From positions 84,147-108,146 of the forward strand of contig NZ_LOCN01000009.1 of assembly GCF_001574435.1 (NCBI RefSeq): 24,000 nucleotides of DNA, in the 5' to 3' direction. Shown here in pieces: positions 16,027-24,000 of the stretch. This stretch comes from Moritella sp. JT01. Lineage in GTDB: Bacteria > Pseudomonadota > Gammaproteobacteria > Enterobacterales > Moritellaceae. Each line of letters begins with the position of its first letter. Position 1 is the first letter of the stretch. The notes below the pieces were generated by a model. The model did no database searches, was not told where the DNA came from, and saw only the letters and a list, made by a program, of their open reading frames with translations. The position numbers and the translations under genes are program-made.

Positions 16027-18438
16027 TTATTTACGTAGTTGAAACGGTTGACCGTATGTAAATAAACTTGCACCACCTATATTATTAATATCATTCGCAA
16101 GACCGCCTAAACCTTTTAGCTCGAACATCAGTGTTGGGCCCCGATCAAACTCTGTTTCGCCGGTAGTACTATTGCGTTTCATGCGATAGCCATAATCAAG
16201 ACGAATTGTCCAACAGCAAGATTCATATTTAATACCAATAAAAGCGTCTTGGGTTATTTTATTTTCAACATCGTAGTAATAACTTGCGCCCATGTCCCAC
16301 TGATTATTGATTGGTAAAATATATTTTGAACCTACTTGGTTGATTTTCACATCGCCATTTGGATTTGTCATTATAGATGCGGTATTTTCAATATAACGGT
16401 AATTGAATTGCACGCGCTGTCCACGATCAAAGTGGTATTCAATCGCGGCATCCGCACGACGTACTAGATCATCTTCGAGTGCATATTCAATACTATTATT
16501 AAAGAATAAATTATCGTTAATCTTAACATCTGTCTCCATTACGATACTTGATGTCGTCACGTCAGTGTTATTTTTATCCGTCTTCTCCTTTGGAGATAAA
16601 CCAACTCGAGTATCACCAAAGTAAACGATTTGGCCAAGTGAAAAACGGAATCGTTCACTGCCTATTTCATCGAATACTCGACTTGTTAAACCAACTGTAA
16701 ATTGATTAGTATCGGCAATACGATCGAAACCATTATAAATACGATCGCGGTATAACCCGAGGAAATCTTGTTGCATCATTGATGAATCGTAAATACCAAT
16801 GTTATCTTGGTTTTTATACGGGATATAGACATATTGAACTTGCGGCTCTAAAGTTTGAGTGAATGAATTATCAAACCAAGATGTAGAACGTTCAAAATTT
16901 AAACCTGCGTGTAACCTTGTGGTCGGTATTATTCGAAGTACTTCTTCTTCTAACTCACCCTTGTAGCCATCCTTAAACTTGCCATTATCGGACTTGTTAA
17001 ATGTTTGATTGTAGTAAGTCATTGGTAGTTTAAACTCGGCAACCGCGAAACCCGCAGGACGTTTATAAGGGAAGCTAATTCCAGGTTCTATGTGGGTTCT
17101 TATGCCGCTATACATCTTATTATCAGGATGAGTGAAATTCGTTATTTCACTATAAACGGATAGTTCAATCGGATTATTATCGAATTGTTGGTAACCGGTA
17201 AAAGAGATCTTCGGCAATACTTTATGTGGAGTTAGCGCCTTACTTAAAATTTGAAAATCACGGACTTCAAATTGTGATGACGTCATATCGGTATTGTAAG
17301 TAAAGGCTGCTGTTCGAAGTAGTGTATTGCTGCTTCGAGAACCTACTAACGTATCAAGGTCAGAAAAATAGGCGTTATCACTGACCTGTGTATAGTTAGC
17401 TTTGAAGTTTAAATGTTCATCTAAATTACCGTTCTGCTCCCAATGGTAGAGGACGCGATTAGTATTTTCTTTGTTATCATCAGTCCTTTTTTCATTTTCG
17501 TCCTGGATTTTTTTATCATTACCAAGATATTCAATATTAATATTACCACTTTGCTTAGAGACTAAATAACGAAATTCAGTGGTTAATTGGACACCACGCT
17601 TCTCCATATAAGTCGGTGTTATTGTCATGTCATAGTTTGGCGCTATATTCCAATAGAATGGCTGAGAGAGGGTAAGACCATTTCCTAATGGACCTATTGG
17701 ATTACTATATGATGGGGATAATAAACCTGTTCTACGCTTATTTGTCGTTGGATAAGTAAAATATGGCATATAGAAAACGGGAACTTCTTTAAAGTACAGT
17801 GTTGCGTTATAAGCTTCAGCAGACTCATCTATATTATCGATGTCAATAGAGGATGCACGTAACACCCAGCTATTATCTCCATAGGGACATTGGGTATAAG
17901 TCGAGCGCTGCATTAAAATATTGTCACCACTATTAGTAACATAAACCTTTTTAGCTTTACCATTAGCGGCTTGACCATGCAGTAAATAATCTACCTGTGT
18001 TAGCTCGGCATCTTTGGTGTCTAAGTTTGCTTTCAATGAGCGACCATTAATTGTCGACGCCCTGTCTTCTAATACAACATTACCTTCGGCGGTTAAGATA
18101 TTGGTTAACTGATACAAAATAATTTCATCAGCGGATAATTCTCGATTACCTTGAGTAAAGTTTACATCACCAGTAAAAATAGCCTTGTTACCTTGGATCA
18201 CTTTAGCATTATCTGATAATAGCAGGATCTCGTTCGCGGCTTTAGTATCTTCAATCGGTGGCTTTATCGCGGGTACATAAGGATAGCATTGTTTAAACCA
18301 GTTTAACTCAGCTAATTCTGACGCAGCTGTAACGTCATCAACGATAGTTGAAATACCATCCTCATTGGTGATAATTGTAGCTGCGCTAGCTGAGAATACG
18401 ACACCGCTGAGTGTTGAAAATAAGGTGAAAAGGCGCAT
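16027..18438 (-). CDS. lptD: LPS-assembly outer-membrane protein LptD
   Basis: About 803 aa from ATG 18438 (MRLFTLFSTLSGVVFSASA signal peptide); alternative start ATG 18459. Has an OstA-like N-terminal domain and a large beta-barrel ending ...FTYGQPFQLRK. Four Cys residues in the LptD pattern (KQCYPY, YTQCPYG, YESCCW). Sits upstream of surA and divergent from djlA. Confidence 0.93.
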   Translation of the reverse strand: MRLFTLFSTLSGVVFSASAATIITNEDGISTIVDDVTAASELAELNWFKQCYPYVPAIKPPIEDTKAANEILLLSDNAKVIQGNKAIFTGDVNFTQGNRELSADEIILYQLTNILTAEGNVVLEDRASTINGRSLKANLDTKDAELTQVDYLLHGQAANGKAKKVYVTNSGDNILMQRSTYTQCPYGDNSWVLRASSIDIDNIDESAEAYNATLYFKEVPVFYMPYFTYPTTNKRRTGLLSPSYSNPIGPLGNGLTLSQPFYWNIAPNYDMTITPTYMEKRGVQLTTEFRYLVSKQSGNINIEYLGNDKKIQDENEKRTDDNKENTNRVLYHWEQNGNLDEHLNFKANYTQVSDNAYFSDLDTLVGSRSSNTLLRTAAFTYNTDMTSSQFEVRDFQILSKALTPHKVLPKISFTGYQQFDNNPIELSVYSEITNFTHPDNKMYSGIRTHIEPGISFPYKRPAGFAVAEFKLPMTYYNQTFNKSDNGKFKDGYKGELEEEVLRIIPTTRLHAGLNFERSTSWFDNSFTQTLEPQVQYVYIPYKNQDNIGIYDSSMMQQDFLGLYRDRIYNGFDRIADTNQFTVGLTSRVFDEIGSERFRFSLGQIVYFGDTRVGLSPKEKTDKNNTDVTTSSIVMETDVKINDNLFFNNSIEYALEDDLVRRADAAIEYHFDRGQRVQFNYRYIENTASIMTNPNGDVKINQVGSKYILPINNQWDMGASYYYDVENKITQDAFIGIKYESCCWTIRLDYGYRMKRNSTTGETEFDRGPTLMFELKGLGGLANDINNIGGASLFTYGQPFQLRK

Positions 18439-18649
18439 TTTAACAATCCATTTTGTCATCGATAATTTCATTAAAATTAATAAATAGTTGGATATAATAA
18501 TCCATATTACAGCGATAGACCATTTAATGGCTGGTTTTATCCCGTAAACTTTCAAAAAAATGATGAGATTGATTGATTTGTTACATTTTAAACAGCCATA
18601 ATACAATTCTTATATAAATATATGTCATTTTTGCTTGGTAGCTACTTTT

Positions 18650-19441
18650 ATGAATATGTTGTTTTACATTTTATTATCCGCGATTGGTATTAAGTTTGGT
18701 GGATTCTTTGGTGCGATTTTTATGATCTGGGTTGGTTCGATATTAAAACGCCAATTTGGACCTCGGCTTGGTATTGATACAAGACCTGCGGCACATAAGC
18801 GTCAGGATATTTTCTTACATACCTCATTTTCGGTGATGGGGCACATGGCCAAAGCGGACGGCCACGTTACCGAAGCTGAAATTCATGTCGCGACGCAGTT
18901 AATGGACCGGATGAAACTGACGGGTGAAACGCGTCGTGCCGCTCAAGTGTCATTCAATCAAGGTAAGGAAGCTGATTTTCCGTTAGAGCAAACGGTTCGA
19001 GATTTTCGCCGTGTGAGTGTGTTACGTCGAGATCTGGTTAAAATGTTCCTGGAGATACAAATTCAGGCTGCTTTTGCCGATCTTGAATTATCAAAAGCAG
19101 AGCGTGATATCCTTCATCGTATTGGTGCGATCTTGGGTGTGACGACTCAGGACATGGATAATTTATTACGCATGATGGAAGCGGAGTTACGTTCCCACCG
19201 TCATGGCAGTAAAGTAAGCCGTGAAGAAGCATTAACTAACGCCTATCAGCAATTAGGTGTGAGTGCTGAGGATGACGACAAAGTGATTAAGCGTGCTTAT
19301 CGTAAATTAATGAATGAACATCATCCGGATAAATTGGTATCGAAAGGTTTACCAGAAGAAATGATGATTATTGCTAAAGAGAAAGCCCAAGATATCCAAG
19401 GTGCTTATGACGTAGTAAAAGAATCGAGAAAAATGCGTTAA
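18650..19441 (+). CDS. djlA: Co-chaperone DjlA (membrane-anchored J-domain protein)
   Basis: N-terminal TM segment. Central block VMGHMAKADGHVTEAEIHVATQLMDRM...MFLEIQIQAAFAD matches E. coli DjlA. C-terminal J domain AYRKLMNEHHPDKLVSKGLPEEMM. The start is uncertain (ATG 18650 or 18656); the TTG 18635 from the ORF track is unlikely. Confidence 0.9.
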   Translation: MNMLFYILLSAIGIKFGGFFGAIFMIWVGSILKRQFGPRLGIDTRPAAHKRQDIFLHTSFSVMGHMAKADGHVTEAEIHVATQLMDRMKLTGETRRAAQVSFNQGKEADFPLEQTVRDFRRVSVLRRDLVKMFLEIQIQAAFADLELSKAERDILHRIGAILGVTTQDMDNLLRMMEAELRSHRHGSKVSREEALTNAYQQLGVSAEDDDKVIKRAYRKLMNEHHPDKLVSKGLPEEMMIIAKEKAQDIQGAYDVVKESRKMR

Positions 19442-20238
19442 TACCAGCCGAGCTTAATCAACCAGCCATAAATTATTTGGCTGGTTGCGATCTGAGTCTC
19501 TACTTGACCCTGTAAACCTATCACTTCAGTTTGTCTGTACTTACCTGTGTTAATACGCTTTGCTGCTATCAGTCTTAATTTTGCTTCATTAATTATCGCT
19601 AAGCTATCCGTTTGCGCATACAAATCTAAAATGGGTGCTTTTAGTTGGTGTATTTGGTTAATTAATTGAGATGCTAACGCTGGGGTAGGGCTATGTGCAC
19701 TGAGTAATACAATCGCATCGACGTAAACATCTTTATTTTCTATTAGTACGTTTATCATTGCCTGGCAATTAGCGCCCTGAAGGATAAGTAGGCGCTTACC
19801 ACTTTTACTCACTATCTTGTCTTGTAAGATGCGTAATTGTGCTTGTAAACGTTGCTCGGCTTGCTCTGATGTTAAGGTTTGACTTAATGGCGATATAGAA
19901 TAGGTATGTAATCCTTTATCACTGAGCTGATAGCGCAGAGTTTGGATAATGTTGGGGTTATTGGCTGAAGTATAGGTATCGGCAAAAATCCAACTTGTAC
20001 CTGTGACTTCTGCTGTCGTTTGTTCAAGCCATAAAGTAAGAAATCTATTTTCTTTATCACCTAACCAAGCCACTTCGCTTGCATTACTGTATTTAATTAA
20101 GTCTTGATCAAACATATGTTGCTGAGAAATAGGGAAGGCGATTGTCGGCTTATTCGTCTCATTTTTGTCTTTATTCTCTTCAGCATATATTTGTAGCGAC
20201 AAAGTGGATAAAAGTAATAATACCAGGGCCTTCAACAT
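19438..20238 (-). CDS. Secreted/periplasmic protein of unknown function (tentatively alpha/beta-hydrolase-fold-like, DUF3530-like)
   Basis: 266 aa. Cleavable-looking signal peptide MLKALVLLLLSTLSLQIYA-EEN. AGGA Shine-Dalgarno sequence 7 nt before the ATG. 27 bp downstream of rluA on the same strand. The family assignment comes from a remembered pattern only (W-L...F-L-x-L...then L-R-x-x-L-x-D-x-G; later LLILQG...DAIVLLSAH...PILDLY). Confidence 0.7.
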   Translation of the reverse strand: MLKALVLLLLSTLSLQIYAEENKDKNETNKPTIAFPISQQHMFDQDLIKYSNASEVAWLGDKENRFLTLWLEQTTAEVTGTSWIFADTYTSANNPNIIQTLRYQLSDKGLHTYSISPLSQTLTSEQAEQRLQAQLRILQDKIVSKSGKRLLILQGANCQAMINVLIENKDVYVDAIVLLSAHSPTPALASQLINQIHQLKAPILDLYAQTDSLAIINEAKLRLIAAKRINTGKYRQTEVIGLQGQVETQIATSQIIYGWLIKLGWY

Positions 20239-20265
20239 TCATCATTCCTACATAGTTCGTTGTGC

Positions 20266-20955
20266 TTAATCAATTGGAAAAGGTGGTTTGACCTTAAATG
20301 TAATTTTTTCTGATGTTAGGGGATGTTCAATTTCTAACATAGCGGCATGCAGTTGTAAATGCGCTGCACTGGCAATACCTTGTGTTGATGCATATAACTC
20401 ATCACCCAAGATGGGAGTGCCTAATGCTAACATATGCACACGTAGTTGGTGGGAGCGGCCGGTCACAGGTTTGAGTAATACAGTGGCGCTGGCTTGTTGA
20501 TTGTTATCATCATGTGCTTGTTGTTTTGCAATCACCTGCCAATGCGTCAGCGCTGGTTTACCCTCCTCGAAATCAACAAGCTGCCTTGGTCTATTTGGCC
20601 AATCACAACGCAATGGTAAATCAATGCTGCCAGACTCAGCAGTTGGGATACCCTCTAAACGAGCATAGTAATACTTTGCGGTTGAGCGTTGTTGAAATTG
20701 TCTGCTGATGTGGCTCTGAGCGGATTTAGTCAATGCCATTAAGATCACACCGGAAGTGCACATGTCTAAACGGTGCACAATTGTCGCAGCGGGAAATAAT
20801 TCTTGCACCCGACTCGCAATGCTGTCGGTATGTTCGGGTAATCGCCCTGGTACGCTTAGTAATCCACTCGGTTTATTTAATACAATAATGGCATCGTCTT
20901 GATAAATAATATCTAATCGAGGGTGTTGCGGCGGAGCATAAATAAAATCGGGCAT
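20266..20955 (-). CDS. rluA: Dual-specificity pseudouridine synthase RluA (23S rRNA U746 / tRNA U32)
   Basis: 229 aa. IIYQDDAIIVLNKPSGLLSVPGR, catalytic HRLDMCTSGVI, CDWPNRPRQ and TGRSHQLRVHMLALGTPILGD are colinear with E. coli RluA. Confidence 0.93.
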   Translation of the reverse strand: MPDFIYAPPQHPRLDIIYQDDAIIVLNKPSGLLSVPGRLPEHTDSIASRVQELFPAATIVHRLDMCTSGVILMALTKSAQSHISRQFQQRSTAKYYYARLEGIPTAESGSIDLPLRCDWPNRPRQLVDFEEGKPALTHWQVIAKQQAHDDNNQQASATVLLKPVTGRSHQLRVHMLALGTPILGDELYASTQGIASAAHLQLHAAMLEIEHPLTSEKITFKVKPPFPID

Positions 20956-21013
20956 AGGGTATATACAATATAGTGAAGAATTTAAAAGGTAAGTTTTAAA
21001 TTACCGTTTGTTA

Positions 21014-21063
21014 ATAATAAAAAGTAATAACAAAGGGGCTAACCGAAATTAGCGCCTTTGTTG
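21014..21063 (-). terminator. Probable rho-independent terminator after rapA
   Basis: On the minus strand: AACAAAGGCGCT-(10 nt)-AGCCCCTTTGTT, an 8+3 bp stem with one G/G mismatch, followed by ATTACTTTTTATTATT. Confidence 0.55.
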
Positions 21064-21087
21064 CTCGTCATTATAATGTGCTTTTAT

Positions 21088-24000
21088 TTAGTTCGGTGTA
21101 ACGACAATAAAGCGTACCGCATCTAGTTTAAGCTGAGCATTATTAATGTGTGTGGTGAGTTCTGCTGTTTGTTTTTCAATAAACGCCAGTTCTTCATCTC
21201 GTACATTAGGGTTAATCTTTTGTAATGCTTGTAGACGTTCAAGCTCGACACTCATGTTTTGCTGCATTTTTGCCAGTGCCGCGTTGGTGATTGCTTGCTT
21301 TTGATCTTCAGCGACAGCTGTTGATTTACCAATAAGGTCGTGAATAATCGTTTGAGATGCCGAAACTAGCTTTGTTGCTACATGGCGGTTAATCGCATTA
21401 AGCTGACGATTGAAACTATCAAAGTCTACTTTTAGGGCTAAGTTATTACTGTTTTTATCCAGTAATAAACGAATGGGTGTTGCCGGTAAGAAACGATTAA
21501 TTTGACAATAAGGCGGTGCCGAGGTTTCTACTACATAAAGTAGTTCTAGTAAAATAGTGCCAGCAGGTAGGGCTGGATTTTTTAATAGTGAAACAGCCGT
21601 TGAACCCGTGTCAGACGTCATGATTAATTCAATGCATGCGCGTATTAATGGGTGTTCCCAAGTAAGGAAATGTACATCATCACGCGATAATGCGGTTTCA
21701 CGATCGAAGGTAACTGTAATGCCGTCTTCAGATAGATGTGGCAAACTTGGTACTAACATTTGATCTGTCGGTTTTAATACCAGCATATTTTCGCCACGAT
21801 CTTCTTGGTTTATACCAATAACATCGAATAAGCGTATCGCAAAAATAGGTAGCGTAGGGCTATCATCATTGGCTTTTAATTGCGCGATAATGTCGTCTGA
21901 TTTACCCAAACCGTTAGAATTTAGTTCCAGTAAACGATCACGACCACTTTCCATTTTTGCTTTTAATACATCGTATTGACTGCGTGTATCAGTGATCAAT
22001 GCATCCGTTGCAGCCACATCAATTTCTTTTGCGGCTAGCTGAGTCAGTAATTCATCTTTTACTTCTGCAAAAATATCGCCACCGATAGGACAAGTATGCT
22101 CAAACGCATTTAGGCCATTTTGATACCAGTTTTGTAATACATCCTGTGCGGTATTGGTAAAGAAAGGAACGTGAATACTGATATTATTTTTCTGACCGAT
22201 ACGATCTAAACGACCAATACGTTGCTCAAGTAAATCTGGGTTTAATGGTAAATCAAATAATACGAGGTGTTGTGCAAATTGGAAGTTACGACCTTCAGAA
22301 CCAATTTCAGAACAAAGTAGAACTTGTGCCCCAGCATCTTCTTGAGCGAAGTAAGCGCCTGCTTTATCGCGCTCGATAATAGACATACCTTCATGGAATA
22401 CGGTTCCACGAATACCTTCACTTACTCGCAGCGACTCTTCGATTGACATCGCTGTGTCGGCATTAGCTGCAATGACTAATACTTTTTCATTTTTATTGGC
22501 AAGTAAGAAGTTTTGTAACCATTCAACACGTGGGTCAAAACTACACCAAGATGCGTCTTTGCCTTCGAATTCTAAGAAGATTTCTTCTGGGTATAGACCA
22601 CGACGCGCAGCTTCCGCATAACTTGCTGAGCCATTCATCATTTGTGCAACTTTTAATGACGTTTTATATTGGTCTGGTAGTGCTAAAGGAATTGGGTGAT
22701 AGTGACGAGTCGGGAAACCTTTGATTGCAGAGCGTGTATTACGGAATAATAAACGACCTGTGCCATGGCGATCCAATAATTGACTGATGATTGATTGTTT
22801 AGCCTGCTGTGCTTCATCTGAATCTGGTGACGCTTGAATTAAAGTCAGCTTGTCTGATATATCAGCTTCACTTAATAGTTTAGTTAATGATGCTGCTGTT
22901 TCGGGGGAAACGATTGGTGAATCTAATAGTTCTTGTGCTGCTTGTGCAATAACAGAATAACTATTTTCTTCAGCAACGAATGCGGCATAATCATAGAAAC
23001 GGTTTGGATCTAATAAACGTAAACGTGCAAAGTGACTTTCATGACCAAGTTGGTCCGGCGTTGCAGTGAGTAGTAATACGCCTGGCGACTTTTGTGCCAA
23101 TGATTCGACAACTTGGTATTCACGACTTGGTTCTGTTTCGCTCCATTTAAGGTGATGGGCTTCATCAACAACCAATAAATCCCAATCGGCACCCACGGCT
23201 TGTTCAAAACGACGACGTTTTTTGCGTAAGAAGTCCAGACTACACAAGATCAACTGTTCAGTTTCGAATGGGTTATCTGCTTCAGCGAGCGATTCGATGC
23301 AACGCTCTTCATCAAAGATACTAAAGTGTAGATTGAAACGACGCATCATTTCCACTAACCATTGGTGTTGTAATGTTTCTGGTACTAGAATCAACACACG
23401 ATTGGCAAGGCCAGCTGTCAGTTGTTGGTGGATGATCAAACCCGCTTCAATGGTTTTACCTAAACCCACTTCATCGGCAAGTAAAACTCGAGGAGCATGA
23501 CGTTGACCCACTTCGGTTGCAATATGTAATTGATGTGGGATCAGACTGACACGTGGACCTTGAATGCCATTTAATGCAGATTGTTGTTGAGAAAACTGAT
23601 GCTGTAATGTTTGATGGCGTAATACAAATCGATCCATTCGATCAATTTGGCCTGCAAATAGGCGATCTTGTGGCTTATTAAATTTGATAAAATTGTTCAG
23701 GAATGTTTCACGTAAGGAAACTTCTTCACCGGTGTCTTGATGAATACCTATATAAGTAATAATACCTGAGCTTTCTGTTACTTCAGTAACGGTTAAGCTC
23801 CAGTCTTCATGAGAGAGTACCTGATCACCGACATTAAACATGACTCGAGTGATCGGCGCTTCGTTACGAGCATATAAACGGTTCTCACCACTTGCAGGAA
23901 ATAATAGCGTTAACATTCTGCCTTCTATGGCAACTATTGTTCCTAATCCTAATTCTGATTCCGTATCGCTGATCCAGCGCTGACCAAGTTGGAAGGGCAT
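21088..24000 (-). CDS. rapA: RNA polymerase-associated SWI2/SNF2 ATPase RapA (HepA)
   Basis: 970 aa. The start ATG sits exactly at the window edge. [21 protein letters not shown] matches E. coli [21 protein letters not shown]. Helicase motifs [32 protein letters not shown] and [11 protein letters not shown] are present. Confidence 0.97.
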   Translation of the reverse strand: MPFQLGQRWISDTESELGLGTIVAIEGRMLTLLFPASGENRLYARNEAPITRVMFNVGDQVLSHEDWSLTVTEVTESSGIITYIGIHQDTGEEVSLRETFLNNFIKFNKPQDRLFAGQIDRMDRFVLRHQTLQHQFSQQQSALNGIQGPRVSLIPHQLHIATEVGQRHAPRVLLADEVGLGKTIEAGLIIHQQLTAGLANRVLILVPETLQHQWLVEMMRRFNLHFSIFDEERCIESLAEADNPFETEQLILCSLDFLRKKRRRFEQAVGADWDLLVVDEAHHLKWSETEPSREYQVVESLAQKSPGVLLLTATPDQLGHESHFARLRLLDPNRFYDYAAFVAEENSYSVIAQAAQELLDSPIVSPETAASLTKLLSEADISDKLTLIQASPDSDEAQQAKQSIISQLLDRHGTGRLLFRNTRSAIKGFPTRHYHPIPLALPDQYKTSLKVAQMMNGSASYAEAARRGLYPEEIFLEFEGKDASWCSFDPRVEWLQNFLLANKNEKVLVIAANADTAMSIEESLRVSEGIRGTVFHEGMSIIERDKAGAYFAQEDAGAQVLLCSEIGSEGRNFQFAQHLVLFDLPLNPDLLEQRIGRLDRIGQKNNISIHVPFFTNTAQDVLQNWYQNGLNAFEHTCPIGGDIFAEVKDELLTQLAAKEIDVAATDALITDTRSQYDVLKAKMESGRDRLLELNSNGLGKSDDIIAQLKANDDSPTLPIFAIRLFDVIGINQEDRGENMLVLKPTDQMLVPSLPHLSEDGITVTFDRETALSRDDVHFLTWEHPLIRACIELIMTSDTGSTAVSLLKNPALPAGTILLELLYVVETSAPPYCQINRFLPATPIRLLLDKNSNNLALKVDFDSFNRQLNAINRHVATKLVSASQTIIHDLIGKSTAVAEDQKQAITNAALAKMQQNMSVELERLQALQKINPNVRDEELAFIEKQTAELTTHINNAQLKLDAVRFIVVTPN

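Noticed and set aside
18439-18606. 56-codon N-terminal extension of the lptD ORF given in the ORF track (MYYGCLKCNKSINLIIFLKVYG...)
   Set aside because: This is AT-rich divergent intergenic DNA that happens to lack stop codons. It has no LptD homology. A typical signal peptide begins at the internal Met (MRLFTLFSTLSGVVFSASA), and the extension would collide with the djlA promoter region.
18460-18649. Search for a sigmaE-type promoter (GGAACTT-N16-TCAAA) for lptD, and for an operator in the lptD/djlA divergent region
   Set aside because: I found only weak partial matches (for example TAAACTT on the djlA strand) and trivial short palindromes. Nothing there is defensible without a PWM scan.
1-24000. 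Looked for tRNA/rRNA genes, CRISPR arrays, IS/transposase/integrase genes, toxin-antitoxin pairs, restriction-modification or other defence genes, and prophage remnants
   Set aside because: None were found. Every ORF of 150 aa or more is accounted for by a recognisable housekeeping or transport family, apart from the single 266-aa secreted protein. No spaced repeat arrays or T-loop-like GGTTCGAATCC motifs occur outside CDSs.

Overview
This window is a mostly housekeeping chromosomal segment from an AT-rich gammaproteobacterium. The marine Vibrionales/Alteromonadales-like assignment is inferred only from gene content and composition. Gene order is: dnaE (3' end), accA, tilS (+) | hutZ, hutX (-) | hutB, hutC, hutD, a YjjP/YjjB-like ThrE-family exporter pair, folA (+) | putP, apaH, apaG, rsmA, pdxA, surA, lptD (-) | djlA (+) | a 266-aa secreted protein of unknown function, rluA, rapA (-). 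As far as I remember the E. coli map, positions 9112-24000 are colinear with the E. coli folA...rapA region. The exceptions are an inserted putP and a different gene between djlA and rluA. The heme-utilisation genes, the exporter pair and putP are the only accessory-looking content. I found no tRNA or rRNA genes, CRISPR arrays, IS elements, transposases, integrases, or recognisable toxin or defence genes. I do not see a convincing new multi-gene system here. The unusual points are local: (1) an ApaG homologue that has lost the family GxGxxG signature; (2) a 4 x 15-bp in-frame tandem repeat in an N-terminal extension of the ThrE-family gene; (3) a long lptD-surA spacer with a perfect 12-bp stem-loop; (4) a reduced hutXZ/hutBCD heme locus with a perfect-armed Fur-like palindrome; (5) an uncharacterised secreted protein coupled to rluA whose stop codon overlaps the djlA stop. 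All homology statements rest on motifs visible in the translations and on reference sequences recalled from memory. No database search was run.
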